A stretch of DNA of 61,053 nt. Origin: a virus. The notes below the pieces were generated by a model that ran no database searches, had not been told where the DNA came from, and was given only the letters and a program-made list of their open reading frames with translations. The position numbers were made by a program, and so were the translations under genes. The stretch is from the IMG/VR virus record IMGVR_UViG_3300027793_000007. One strand, given 5' to 3'. Of the stretch, positions 24,541 through 33,718 are shown piece after piece (the first letter of the stretch is position 1; each line of letters opens with the position of its first letter).

Positions 24541-24918
24541 AGGATAATCTTCTCTAATAATTGTTGCGTACTCCCAATCTATCTGGGCTGCCTTTGGGAG
24601 ATTAGATAATGCTAACTCAACCGTATCTAGCAGCCCTAACTCTAGTAATGCAAGCCTAAGCCTACGAGCATCAATTTCTCTGATAGGCTTAGGCGTTTCA
24701 TTGATTATGGTGTTGTCCACAATTACAGCGCCATTGCTAATTCTCCATTGATTGCGATATTGCCTATCTGGTAATTCGGAATCATCAATAATTAAATATT
24801 CTTTTCCATCAGGGACATCCTTTGCGGCGACTTCTTCAATAGAAAGTCCGCAGTCGGGAATAGGGATAAGAATTGATGCACCACCATCTTCATTTTCAAA
24901 AACAATTACTTGAGACAT
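24460..24918 (-). CDS. hypothetical protein; possible tail-fibre assembly/chaperone-like
   Basis: Track ORF, last gene of the reverse-strand structural block. Its 3' end overlaps the convergent gene by 81 nt. Confidence 0.5.
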   Translation of the reverse strand: MSQVIVFENEDGGASILIPIPDCGLSIEEVAAKDVPDGKEYLIIDDSELPDRQYRNQWRISNGAVIVDNTIINETPKPIREIDARRLRLALLELGLLDTVELALSNLPKAAQIDWEYATIIREDYPLVVSLSGALGLDVTQVFDKAQSIGSV

Positions 24919-24920
24919 GG

Positions 24921-25301
24921 TTAACCAAAGATAGCGACGTTTACAAAATCCATATCAACATTTGTTAAAGCATCAAAAGCAAGGCAATTAAACCTTAAAG
25001 CAGTAGTAGTAGGATCGGCTGTTGAATACCCGAGAAGTGCCCCTTGAGCAGGATTTCCTGTACGCTTGGCAGGAGTAATGACAGCCGCGTAATTTACATT
25101 AGGCATTGCTGTAGTGAAATTTACTGTGTAATCACCTAAACCATTATCAGTAATGCTGCTTACATTGCCACTTCCTCGGATTGTAACAGTACCACCACCG
25201 TTGAAATTTACCCAAGCTCGACAAGCATAAGCAGGGGCAGATCCAGATTGCCCACCATCTAGTTGAACGGCTGATACACGATTCTCTAGAAGTGTTGCCA
25301 T
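24921..25301 (-). CDS. putative tail fibre / structural protein
   Basis: AWVNFNGGGTVTIRGSGNVSSITDNGLGDYTVNFTTAMP is a sequence type common in phage fibre proteins (from memory). Confidence 0.5.
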   Translation of the reverse strand: MATLLENRVSAVQLDGGQSGSAPAYACRAWVNFNGGGTVTIRGSGNVSSITDNGLGDYTVNFTTAMPNVNYAAVITPAKRTGNPAQGALLGYSTADPTTTALRFNCLAFDALTNVDMDFVNVAIFG

Positions 25302-25660
25302 TATGTACCTTCCTCTATTCTCATAAAGCCATTAGCACTAGCCCATATAGCACTAACAACTCCAGTGTAATCATCAAAGTAGAGATAGCCTTGTGGTTGT
25401 AGTAGATACACAGATGAGGTAGTTGCAGTACCACTCTTAGCTATGTACGCAACCGATGTGCTGTCATTTCTAAAGGATGCCCATTTACGAGATGTATTCA
25501 AGGCTAGCAAAGTTACTGATGTCGCACTACTAGCTACTGATGTGGTAGGGGCAGACGTGGCTTGGGGAGCAGCACCACCAGGGACTACTTGCCCAGTGCT
25601 TGGGTTTACATTTGTTACTAGGAGATATCTTTGCCCATTAGAGCCTACAATATCGCTCAT
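25301..25660 (-). CDS. hypothetical structural protein
   Basis: Track ORF coupled to its neighbours. Confidence 0.5.
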   Translation of the reverse strand: MSDIVGSNGQRYLLVTNVNPSTGQVVPGGAAPQATSAPTTSVASSATSVTLLALNTSRKWASFRNDSTSVAYIAKSGTATTSSVYLLQPQGYLYFDDYTGVVSAIWASANGFMRIEEGT

Positions 25661-25667
25661 GATTCAC

Positions 25668-26003
25668 CTATGGCTTTAGAACTAAGATATTGAATACTAA
25701 AGCACCTGGGGTAATACCAGCAGCAGTTGCATTACCAATACGAACAGTTACAGTGTTAGCAGCGCTTACAAAAGCAGTTAACTCTAAACCAGCTACTAAG
25801 GCAGTAGTAGGAGTTGCTAGTACAAAGTCTCCTAGAGAAGCGCCCGATACTGTAGCCGTTTGGTCATTGGTTACGTTGGTAGCAATTAAGGGAAAAGTTA
25901 GGGTTGTTTGAAGTGGGAGAAGAGAACCAAGGATTAAACCTCTTTGAGTCCCAGACAATTCATTGGTATTAGAGAGGGCGCGTTGTCCACCAGTAAAGCT
26001 CAT
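25668..26003 (-). CDS. hypothetical structural protein
   Basis: Track ORF trimmed to internal ATG (MSFTGGQRAL). The track start is a GTG inside motif copy 24. Confidence 0.5.
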   Translation of the reverse strand: MSFTGGQRALSNTNELSGTQRGLILGSLLPLQTTLTFPLIATNVTNDQTATVSGASLGDFVLATPTTALVAGLELTAFVSAANTVTVRIGNATAAGITPGALVFNILVLKP

Positions 26004-26039
26004 AAGTTTAGGGCAATAGTTGTAATTCCAATATACTAT

Positions 26040-26059
26040 CACGCTACGCTATGGGGTAG
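26040..26059 (+). promoter_or_regulatory. phage promoter-like motif, copy 24
   Basis: cacgctacgctatggggtag, 17 nt upstream of ATG 26077. Confidence 0.55.
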
Positions 26060-26076
26060 AAATATGTGAGGATGAT

Positions 26077-26181
26077 ATGGATATCGACTTAATCCTAAAG
26101 CTAGTTATCATTGGATATACAGCATTAGGTTTCCTAATTTGCTTAGGAATGTTTATTCTTATTCTAGTAGGTGAACTATGA
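26077..26181 (+). CDS. tiny membrane protein (34 aa)
   Basis: Hand-translated MDIDLILKLVIIGYTALGFLICLGMFILILVGEL, downstream of a motif copy. Confidence 0.45.
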   Translation: MDIDLILKLVIIGYTALGFLICLGMFILILVGEL

Positions 26182-26264
26182 CCTTATTCGTTTGGATTGT
26201 TATGGCTGGTAGTTTCGTAGTTGCGGGCTGGTACGCTAGAGGTTTATGGGACTTCTATAATTGA
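26178..26264 (+). CDS. tiny membrane protein (28 aa)
   Basis: Hand-translated MTLFVWIVMAGSFVVAGWYARGLWDFYN; ATGA coupling. Confidence 0.4.
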   Translation: MTLFVWIVMAGSFVVAGWYARGLWDFYN

Positions 26265-26297
26265 TGAGTCTAAGTTGGATGGTAAGGAGAAGTGGGA

Positions 26298-27089
26298 TTA
26301 AACCCATTTAACTCTACCCTTGCCACCACGATTAGACACTTCCTTAACACCTGTCCAATTGACCTTTCTATTGGACTCAGGTTCTAGAGTTGGAGGTGCT
26401 TGTGGCACTGATACTACATCACCTCTGATTAGCCTTACAGACATCACGTGTTTGCATATACCCCTAGAGCCTAGTACACCAAATACCTTTTGTTGTTCAC
26501 CTAAGAGTGTGGGGAGAAGGTCGGCTTGTTGTCCTAGGTAGTCAGGGCAAGTGCATCTATAGCCTAGCGCCCTACCAGTAGCTATAGACTGAGTTACTGT
26601 CTCTGGTGTGCCTATCGGTACAATCTCACCTACTGTGGTGACTAGCGCTATGGATTGCCCTTGGTCATTTAGGACAGTATATTGTCCATCTATACCTTTG
26701 CCTTGCGCTTCTAGTAGTTGTTCTGGTGTTAGTGGTTGATTATTCGGTATCGTATAAAAGTATCGCCCTAGTGACTTAACAGTACGCCCTTCGACCTTAA
26801 CAGCATAGGTAGTTGATTGTAGGGCTACCGTTGAGCTATCAATTACTCTAGCGGTTACTCGATAGTCAAAGGATTCGGCATTGGCAGTAAATTGTTGAGA
26901 GTCGGGTCTAATGAATCTAGCATCTAGAGTTAGCCCACTATCAGGGTCAGGCTTCTCAAACTTAACAGAGTCACTAGTATACTCAAGCGCTTTCATGTAA
27001 CGCTTGTACTGGTTAGATATGGTCTGTTGTTGGTCTGGGCTAAGGACAACCTTAGAGCCAAGGGAATAGTCGTTAGTACGATAGGTCAT
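26298..27089 (-). CDS. SWIM zinc-finger protein in the structural block
   Basis: YRCTCPDY...GICKHVMSV matches CxCxnCxH. Confidence 0.6.
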   Translation of the reverse strand: MTYRTNDYSLGSKVVLSPDQQQTISNQYKRYMKALEYTSDSVKFEKPDPDSGLTLDARFIRPDSQQFTANAESFDYRVTARVIDSSTVALQSTTYAVKVEGRTVKSLGRYFYTIPNNQPLTPEQLLEAQGKGIDGQYTVLNDQGQSIALVTTVGEIVPIGTPETVTQSIATGRALGYRCTCPDYLGQQADLLPTLLGEQQKVFGVLGSRGICKHVMSVRLIRGDVVSVPQAPPTLEPESNRKVNWTGVKEVSNRGGKGRVKWV

Positions 27090-27163
27090 TGCAAATACCT
27101 TACAAGTAGAACACTGAATCGAAGACTAGGACTCTTTGTACGCATGGCTTTAAGTCTTACAAG

Positions 27164-28666
27164 CTACGGACAGGAAGAAGAAACAGATATACTAACAGCG
27201 CCTTGACCAATCATAGAACAACTTACTCCATCAAAGCAAGTTACCCCCTGATCTACTCTATTGCCAAGCGAATCGACTACGATCACCGTATATCGTCCTC
27301 CGCAAATTCCATCTAAATATGTATAGACTGGGGTAAATGGAGCAACAGCTGAAGGGCTTAAAGTAAAAGTGTAAGTTTCTGGGGAACAATTAGCACATCC
27401 ACAAATGGGATTCCAAAAGTTTGCAGAAAGAGTAATAGTGCGGACAAGCGCCGCTTCACATTGTGCTTGCGAACTGTATGAGCCGAAAGCATCAATTACG
27501 CAGACACCTCCACTGCATGAATACCTGTTAAGAGAAGAACACCCTAGATTGTTAGGTGGGAATGTAGCAGGAGTGCAACAAAGGACAAACGAGCCAGCAG
27601 TCTCAAAATCGACCACCCCTCTAGCTATGGTTCCCGCAGGACATAGGTTGGTTCCCCCATTGAGGTTCATATCTACCTGTGCTGATTGAGCGCTAGTCAC
27701 GGTGTGCCAAGTACAGTTTTGGATAGGGGTACATCCACCAGCAGTAGGAGGTGGGACACTGTCACTAGGACTTGGGCTAGGCGCTGTAGGTGAGGATGGA
27801 CTACTAGGGTTAGGCGATCCCGGGTTAGGGTCTGGACTAGGAGAACTTGTGCCCGTGGGCGGTGTTGGTAATGGGGTAGGAGGAGGCGGAGTTACAGTGA
27901 AATCTGCTACTCCTTTCTTCCAAGTGGCAGAAGCAAAAGAGATGGGTAACACAAATTGTGTATCGACAGGAGTATTTGGATTTTCTTCAATCAAATCATT
28001 ACCACTACTAACAGTGGGCGATCCTCCTATAGATGCTGATACGCCACTACCGACTAGAGTGTTGGCTTGTAAATCCCACATCTCAAAGCTGCAAGTATAG
28101 GGTTGTGGTATTGCTAGTCCTAGATAAAGGTTCTGTGCTGGTGGGACATATACTCCTGCTTTGACAGGGAAGCTTCTAGGTATATCAGCCCTAGTAAGTG
28201 CGGGTATAGATATCTCAGCTAGGAGTGTGTAGGTATTGCGAACATTGGCTCTACCAGTGCCATCTTCTCTATATCCCTTCTGCCCGCCCGCAAAGATGCG
28301 TAGTGTATTAGCGATGAAGGATTGTGGTTCGGTTTGCTCAATGAATTCGTCAAGGGCATGAAGTGTTATTGTATCTATCCACTTACCAGCAAAATCTTGC
28401 TGCTCTGTGAGTTGAGGTATTGAATTAGCTATGTTTGATAGATTAGCGCTACTAAGAGATGGGGCTATAGCAGCATCTTGGTTGGCAGGAGTGAAAGCAT
28501 ATCCACCGCTAGAATCTCCATACCCCGTTAGCCTTAGATTACCATTACCAAACCTATCGCACTGAGTACCACGCAAGTCATAGCCAAGGAAAGAGCGCCC
28601 CTGTGGTTGAAAGGGTGTGACAAATTCTTTATAGTACTGGGATTCTTGAGGGGAGATTGTACTCAT
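27164..28666 (-). CDS. putative tail fibre / receptor-binding protein with a Pro-rich linker and Cys-rich C-terminal domain
   Basis: PPPPTPLPTPPTGTSSPSPDPNPGSPNPSSPSSPTAPSPSPS linker; about 20 Cys in the last 180 aa. Confidence 0.5.
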   Translation of the reverse strand: MSTISPQESQYYKEFVTPFQPQGRSFLGYDLRGTQCDRFGNGNLRLTGYGDSSGGYAFTPANQDAAIAPSLSSANLSNIANSIPQLTEQQDFAGKWIDTITLHALDEFIEQTEPQSFIANTLRIFAGGQKGYREDGTGRANVRNTYTLLAEISIPALTRADIPRSFPVKAGVYVPPAQNLYLGLAIPQPYTCSFEMWDLQANTLVGSGVSASIGGSPTVSSGNDLIEENPNTPVDTQFVLPISFASATWKKGVADFTVTPPPPTPLPTPPTGTSSPSPDPNPGSPNPSSPSSPTAPSPSPSDSVPPPTAGGCTPIQNCTWHTVTSAQSAQVDMNLNGGTNLCPAGTIARGVVDFETAGSFVLCCTPATFPPNNLGCSSLNRYSCSGGVCVIDAFGSYSSQAQCEAALVRTITLSANFWNPICGCANCSPETYTFTLSPSAVAPFTPVYTYLDGICGGRYTVIVVDSLGNRVDQGVTCFDGVSCSMIGQGAVSISVSSSCP

Positions 28667-28667
28667 G

Positions 28668-28689
28668 GACGCTACGCTATGGGGGAAAG
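28668..28689 (+). promoter_or_regulatory. phage promoter-like motif, copy 25
   Basis: gacgctacgctatgggggaaag. Starts 1 nt from the divergent start codon (28666) and ends 17 nt upstream of ATG 28707. Confidence 0.6.
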
Positions 28690-28706
28690 ATTAAGAGGGT
28701 CGGATT

Positions 28707-28877
28707 ATGACTGATAGAGAGAAAGCTTTATTTATCCTAGGGTACTCTCAAGGCAATCAAGAAACAGTAATGAAGTTAATGTTGTTACTAGGTATCAGTA
28801 TTGACTTGCTTGAATCTTGGCATGATGAAATAGCTGAATTAAAGAAAATAATCTTTACTAGGATAGAGAATAAGTAG
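28707..28877 (+). CDS. hypothetical small protein (56 aa)
   Basis: Hand-translated; motif copy upstream. Confidence 0.45.
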   Translation: MTDREKALFILGYSQGNQETVMKLMLLLGISIDLLESWHDEIAELKKIIFTRIENK

Positions 28878-29703
28878 CAGTACTGAAACTAATAGGCATC
28901 GTAAAGCCAAGTTGTGCTTGAGGTATTACTACAGGTTCAGTCTGGGTTACTAAAGTAGTAGAGCCATTGGTAGTACCTAGAATGTCTGTACCGCTATCTC
29001 CAATTATGATTCCGCTAGATTCTTGGATTGAGCGTAAACCTGATGTCGGGTCAGTGCCAGTGTGTCTAAAGTTACGTGCATCTATAATACCAGAACTCTG
29101 TGCCCACAAAGTAGCAGTTAACCAGTTCAAAGCACCTGTAGCTGTTACTTGCCTATTCTGAAGTACTATCTTCCCAGAGCTTCTAGCAAAGGCTAAGGTA
29201 GGTAGTACACCAGTTGTATAGGTAAGGGCAAAGTCATTCATTACCCTAATCACACCATCTAGCTCTGATACTAGGAGTGCTGGCGATGTAGCTTGAGTAA
29301 TGTTGTAGGTGATACCTTCGGCTAGTTCTATGTATCCATTGACAGCAGATACAGCAAAGGTGTTTTCAGGGGCAAACGTTAAGTTCTTGAGGATATATCT
29401 AGTGCGTCTTTGATTGACTTGGATGTTACCCTTGATAATAGTGCCTGCCCCATTCCCAGTAATTGTAATGCTACCACCACCAGTTACTTCAGTTAACGTA
29501 GCACCGTTATAGTATCCATCAGCTAGTTTAATAGTGTGGTCATAGCCTCCAGTATCATACTTAGTACTAAAGGCTAGTATTGCTGCTTGTATAGTTTGAA
29601 AAGCTGTTTGTGGTGCTAGTCCATTATTAGTATCCGAACCCCACCAGTTGACGTAGAGCGTTAGGGATGAGGTAAGAAGTTGCCTGCAAGGGATGATGGA
29701 CAT
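28858..29703 (-). CDS. putative right-handed beta-helix tailspike-like protein
   Basis: The N-terminus LYVNWWGSDTNNGLAPQTAFQTIQAAI resembles pectate-lyase-fold proteins. Gly/Thr/Asn-rich repeats follow. Confidence 0.45.
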   Translation of the reverse strand: MSIIPCRQLLTSSLTLYVNWWGSDTNNGLAPQTAFQTIQAAILAFSTKYDTGGYDHTIKLADGYYNGATLTEVTGGGSITITGNGAGTIIKGNIQVNQRRTRYILKNLTFAPENTFAVSAVNGYIELAEGITYNITQATSPALLVSELDGVIRVMNDFALTYTTGVLPTLAFARSSGKIVLQNRQVTATGALNWLTATLWAQSSGIIDARNFRHTGTDPTSGLRSIQESSGIIIGDSGTDILGTTNGSTTLVTQTEPVVIPQAQLGFTMPISFSTATYSLS

Positions 29704-29705
29704 AA

Positions 29706-29725
29706 GACGCTACGCTAGGGGATAG
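29706..29725 (+). promoter_or_regulatory. phage promoter-like motif, copy 26 (consensus)
   Basis: gacgctacgctaggggatag, 2 nt from divergent start 29703 and 18 nt upstream of ATG 29744. Confidence 0.65.
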
Positions 29726-29743
29726 TTTAAATATACTGTGAAC

Positions 29744-29905
29744 ATGGAAGTATCGCTAGAATTTCTTTACCACTACAACTGCGACAGTTGCAGCAAATGG
29801 TGGACGTGTGCTGATATTAAGCCACAAGAGGGGAGCCTTGTGTTTTGCCCTCATTGCGGTTATGTCAACGAAGTTGAATCAATTACAGAATATACAGTGA
29901 ACTAA
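29744..29905 (+). CDS. small zinc-ribbon protein (53 aa)
   Basis: Hand-translated; CDSC...CPHC. Confidence 0.5.
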   Translation: MEVSLEFLYHYNCDSCSKWWTCADIKPQEGSLVFCPHCGYVNEVESITEYTVN

Positions 29906-30184
29906 ATGCTACAAGTTAAAGACCCGCATGACATGAAAATTAAAACAGTTGACGAAGCATTCAAAGATGGAATTTTACATCAAGTGCCAGTCCCATCTGG
30001 CGAAGAAGCAAAGGAGAGCTATATTAAGGTCATGAAATTTAATCGTGCTTTGTTTCTCATGGCATACCGTCTTGGAGTTGCAACAGTGCTGCTAAATCAA
30101 TCAACAGAAACACTTGAAAGCCTATTGGCTGACCAGTGGATTAAAGACAATCTAATTACAGAGGACTCCAATGCTACAAGTTAA
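29906..30184 (+). CDS. hypothetical protein, MLQVKDP family member 1
   Basis: Track ORF. Its first 21 nt are repeated at 30171. Confidence 0.55.
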   Translation: MLQVKDPHDMKIKTVDEAFKDGILHQVPVPSGEEAKESYIKVMKFNRALFLMAYRLGVATVLLNQSTETLESLLADQWIKDNLITEDSNATS

Positions 30185-30503
30185 AGACCCACAAGAAGTG
30201 TTTGATGAAAATATCAAACCTCTATTGCTAGAAGAAGGCGCTGCACAAGATATTGAGCTAACAGATGAGATGCTTAACACTCCCTACTCCATCTTTGTCC
30301 TAGGCGAGATGTATGGAAGTATCAGCACTTGCCTAGCCCAGAACATTCCTATCCCTAAGGAAATGTGGGATATGCCTGTAGTTCAGAGCTTTGTTAGAGG
30401 TGATGTTGATGATGTGGTTGTGGTAGATGGGGTTGAGGCGTTAACCAATGATGATGTTATAGCCAAGATGCAATCCTCTGAACAATCTATCATCATCCTT
30501 TAA
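30171..30503 (+). CDS. hypothetical protein, MLQVKDP family member 2
   Basis: Track ORF. Confidence 0.55.
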   Translation: MLQVKDPQEVFDENIKPLLLEEGAAQDIELTDEMLNTPYSIFVLGEMYGSISTCLAQNIPIPKEMWDMPVVQSFVRGDVDDVVVVDGVEALTNDDVIAKMQSSEQSIIIL

Positions 30504-30956
30504 TTACTGCCCTAGGAATATAGCCCCAGCCGTATTCCACACAAAGGTAAATGTAGCAGGACTTGGGCTAGGCGATGTAGGAGGTGTGTAGGCTGGTACT
30601 AGTTCAACAAAGCCTAGTGCAATGTCAGTGCTAGCCGAAGTCCCTACAGTCCCCTTGAAGATAACACCACCAACAATGGGGGCAGCAGTAGCAGCCCATA
30701 GTGCTGTCCATACGGTGTTATCAAATCTCAGGGATGAGGCATTAGAAAGATAGGTGTTGGGATTAGTACCACTAGATTTAACTAGGTCTTTCCGCACATA
30801 GGAACCGCCACTAACCTCGTTAGTCAAATCAGCCCTTGTTGATACTGATGTTGAGGGCAGTGCGGTTACTAGTGCGATGTAGAAAGAGTCTGAGAGTAAG
30901 TTGACATTGACTCTAGCAATGTCGTTAGGAAATCGATTAAAGCGGTAGGAAGCCAT
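30504..30956 (-). CDS. hypothetical structural protein
   Basis: Track ORF trimmed from TTG 31007 to ATG 30956 (MASYRFNRF). Confidence 0.5.
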   Translation of the reverse strand: MASYRFNRFPNDIARVNVNLLSDSFYIALVTALPSTSVSTRADLTNEVSGGSYVRKDLVKSSGTNPNTYLSNASSLRFDNTVWTALWAATAAPIVGGVIFKGTVGTSASTDIALGFVELVPAYTPPTSPSPSPATFTFVWNTAGAIFLGQ

Positions 30957-31188
30957 GATAGTAGATAAGTTAAAAGGTAAGGTTGTTAAATCTGCAAAGT
31001 TTACCAATGAACATAGCGGGTATTACCCTGATATGGCTGGTGAAGTATCAATACTATTTGAGGATGGCAGTGAGTTAATCATTGAACCATTTGATTGCAA
31101 CTATGTAGATACAACCCTAATAGAACCCACCCTGAACAGTGATGTTATACCCATTGGGACTAACACTTTGGGAGAGGGCAGCGTATAA
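30955..31188 (+). CDS. hypothetical protein (77 aa), uncertain
   Basis: Track ORF with a plausible sequence but no motif copy upstream. Overlaps the 3' end of 31117..31581. Confidence 0.3.
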   Translation: MIVDKLKGKVVKSAKFTNEHSGYYPDMAGEVSILFEDGSELIIEPFDCNYVDTTLIEPTLNSDVIPIGTNTLGEGSV

Positions 31189-31581
31189 GGATTCGTTAGG
31201 GCCAAGTAGTAATGCTTTGGTTCCTAACACTCCTTGTATTGAGTCAGGTAAAGGGACGTTGATGGTTACTAGGGCAGTAGCGTCATTAACTGATGCACTA
31301 TCAATAGATACTAACTGTACTTCTGGTAGAGCTAGGGTTAATCGTGTACTGTTAGCCCCTTTCTTAAATAGTCTAAGTACAGTGGTAGGTACAGTGCCAC
31401 TAGTAGCTACAGGTATTGCTTGAATAGATTCTATGATGAGTCCATTCTCACCAGCTTGGACTAAGAGCAATGCAGAGCTAGTTGTGTCACCACCATTACG
31501 AGGGATGACTTGATTACTCAAAGATACTACTGCTTTAAAGGGTATCTTCTTAAAGATTGGCTCAGTGTTGGGGGATGCCAT
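31117..31581 (-). CDS. hypothetical structural protein
   Basis: Track ORF. Confidence 0.55.
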   Translation of the reverse strand: MASPNTEPIFKKIPFKAVVSLSNQVIPRNGGDTTSSALLLVQAGENGLIIESIQAIPVATSGTVPTTVLRLFKKGANSTRLTLALPEVQLVSIDSASVNDATALVTINVPLPDSIQGVLGTKALLLGPNESLYAALSQSVSPNGYNITVQGGFY

Positions 31582-31589
31582 GAGGGATG

Positions 31590-31609
31590 GACGCTACGCT
31601 AGGGGATAA
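31590..31609 (+). promoter_or_regulatory. phage promoter-like motif, copy 27
   Basis: gacgctacgctaggggataa, 21 nt upstream of ATG 31631. Confidence 0.65.
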
Positions 31610-31630
31610 TATCTATAGTACCTTACTTAA

Positions 31631-31849
31631 ATGACTGACAAAGAAATTACGCTAGCTTTATTTGGCTTGCTTGGTGATGACACAAAAACTGTGTTAGAGG
31701 CATTAGTCTTTTTAAGGCGAGAAATTCCCTTAGAGACTATTACTGAATGCCGCAAAGAAATGATGCAAATGATTAATAATCTAAGCGCACTTCTTGAGCC
31801 TAAGATGAAAGTTGCAATTAAAGATTTACTTGATAAGTTAGGGCTTTAA
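31631..31849 (+). CDS. hypothetical protein (72 aa)
   Basis: Track ORF. Confidence 0.55.
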   Translation: MTDKEITLALFGLLGDDTKTVLEALVFLRREIPLETITECRKEMMQMINNLSALLEPKMKVAIKDLLDKLGL

Positions 31850-31920
31850 CATGGACGCACGACTACTACTCATAGTCCTAATATGGATTGCAAAAGCTTT
31901 ATTTTGGGAGAAACACAAAG

Positions 31921-32256
31921 ATGACTAGAGCACAAGTACTTTATGATGCAATTCATAAGCAACAAGCTAAACAAGATGAATTGATTATCGCTAATGTTGA
32001 AGACAATCAATTATCTCTCCATCACGACTTGCACACATTCCTATCTAAGCTAGACCCAGATCTTTGCTACTACAGTGGCATTAGATATAAGTCAGAGCTA
32101 GATGATTGTGGTGTTAGTGTTGATGGTCATACCAAAGGTAATGGTTGGAAGCTAAGGATATCTTGGGATAATGACACTACTGTTCTATGGAGTCCTAACC
32201 TTAAGGCTTTACTGAATGGCGCATTGGACTTTCTTAAGGAGAGGGTGACACCGTGA
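31921..32256 (+). CDS. hypothetical protein (111 aa)
   Basis: Track ORF trimmed to the ATG after GGGAG. Confidence 0.55.
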   Translation: MTRAQVLYDAIHKQQAKQDELIIANVEDNQLSLHHDLHTFLSKLDPDLCYYSGIRYKSELDDCGVSVDGHTKGNGWKLRISWDNDTTVLWSPNLKALLNGALDFLKERVTP

Positions 32257-32513
32257 AATGGCATTTATCAATTGATGATTGGCAAACATCCGAAGACTGG
32301 TTAAATGCAAGTGACTGTGACCTTGTTATTCTTGATATCAGAACTCTTGGCTATAACACCAATATTGTTTTATCATTTCAACCTATCTGTAATTGGCTAT
32401 GGCAATGGGATGTAGATGTATTTAACCCTAGACCTTTTGGCGAAATAATACGGGTCAACCACAAGTTCCCGTCTTTTGATTTTGGGATAGTAGTTAAGAA
32501 GGTGAAAGTATGA
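32253..32513 (+). CDS. Trp-rich small protein, tandem family member 1
   Basis: MKWHLSIDDW...FQPICNWLWQWDVDVF; GTGA coupling. Confidence 0.55.
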   Translation: MKWHLSIDDWQTSEDWLNASDCDLVILDIRTLGYNTNIVLSFQPICNWLWQWDVDVFNPRPFGEIIRVNHKFPSFDFGIVVKKVKV

Positions 32514-32773
32514 GATGGCATTTATCCATTACTGATTGGCGAAAAGATGAGGAAGAAATGTTGTTTACTATTGCCGATTTTGACCTTGTTATTCTTGTTC
32601 TTTGGGCTTGGGGCTATAGAGTTATCTTCCAATGGTCATTTCAACCTATATATAATTGGCTATGGCAATGGGAGGTACAAGTATTTGGCTCTAGACCTGT
32701 TAATGAGTTAATTAGGATTTATCATAAACTGCCATCGTTAAACTTTCTTGTCATTGTTCACGGAGAAGACTGA
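32510..32773 (+). CDS. Trp-rich small protein, tandem family member 2
   Basis: MRWHLSITDW...FQPIYNWLWQWEVQVF; ATGA coupling. Confidence 0.55.
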   Translation: MRWHLSITDWRKDEEEMLFTIADFDLVILVLWAWGYRVIFQWSFQPIYNWLWQWEVQVFGSRPVNELIRIYHKLPSLNFLVIVHGED

Positions 32774-33060
32774 TGGAACTTAGAACATCCATTATTGGTT
32801 TCGATCCAACTAACCCTTATTCAGGGTCAGATGATGCTGACTGTATTGAGCTTTATCTAGGGTTAAGTCAATGGCTGCATATAACAATTCAGATGTATTT
32901 CTTCCCCTTATCTTTATGGAATATGACCAACAATGAGTTCAAGTCTTATAAAACGCAACTTAGTTTTGGATTATCAGTTAATCTACCTACTTTCTGGTTT
33001 AGGTTTAACTGTCTGATGTTTCCAAAACATCCAAGGAGGAACATTAACTTTGAAGATTGA
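32773..33060 (+). CDS. Trp-rich small protein, diverged family member 3
   Basis: Track ORF of the same size with a similar hydrophobic/Trp pattern. Confidence 0.45.
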   Translation: MELRTSIIGFDPTNPYSGSDDADCIELYLGLSQWLHITIQMYFFPLSLWNMTNNEFKSYKTQLSFGLSVNLPTFWFRFNCLMFPKHPRRNINFED

Positions 33061-33265
33061 ACTAACAAAAGACTGGGATTCCAGAGGAATAAAGCTAGTT
33101 ACCAAAACCTTTGCTATTGAACTTATGTTTCATCAGCTTAGTAGTTGGGCTTGGGAATGGAGAATAGAACCAGAGCAGCCTTTAGACAATATCCCTTTAT
33201 ATATTTGCTTGCCAACTATGAGCATATATTTATGGGCTAATGTCAAGCTAAATAAGAGTGCATAA
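33050..33265 (+). CDS. Trp-rich small protein, diverged family member 4
   Basis: HQLSSWAWEWRIEPEQP resembles the NWLWQWDV motif. Confidence 0.45.
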   Translation: MKIELTKDWDSRGIKLVTKTFAIELMFHQLSSWAWEWRIEPEQPLDNIPLYICLPTMSIYLWANVKLNKSA

Positions 33266-33707
33266 AGATACGCGATCCTATGTTTGGCACTGCCATACCC
33301 GGGACTGCGTTGATATAGGCGCTACCACTCCTAGAGAATCTATAGGCGTAGTCTTTGTTCCTAAAGTTTGTGACAAATAGAGTGTTAGCTAACTCATCAC
33401 AGTACTGACGATAAATCTCACCCCATTGCTTCATTGTGGTAATGGGGGATTTGTCAGTGCGGGTACGGTTGATATCACCAGCAAAGAGTTGTATCTGAGT
33501 AAAGCTATCAGGGTTAGTAGGATCTTTAGCTAGGAATATTGCATCTAAAGTATCTAAGTAACTACGGATATAGGTAAGTACTACCTCATCCCTGATAGTA
33601 GACATAGCCATTTCTAGCTGCTCGCACTCCCCCGCTTGGATACCAGCATAGTCTGCATAACCTAGATGAAATCTGGTTCTTGATTTATCACGTTCTGACA
33701 ATTCCAT
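33243..33707 (-). CDS. hypothetical structural protein
   Basis: Track ORF. Its first 13 codons are duplicated at 33940-33996. Confidence 0.55.
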   Translation of the reverse strand: MELSERDKSRTRFHLGYADYAGIQAGECEQLEMAMSTIRDEVVLTYIRSYLDTLDAIFLAKDPTNPDSFTQIQLFAGDINRTRTDKSPITTMKQWGEIYRQYCDELANTLFVTNFRNKDYAYRFSRSGSAYINAVPGMAVPNIGSRIFMHSYLA

Positions 33708-33718
33708 TAATTACTACC

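Noticed and set aside
27405-28100. Forward ORFs 27405..27689 and 27702..28100 inside the fibre gene
   Set aside because: They are antisense shadows of the Pro-rich and Cys-rich coding region (Gly-rich because they are the complement of Pro codons).
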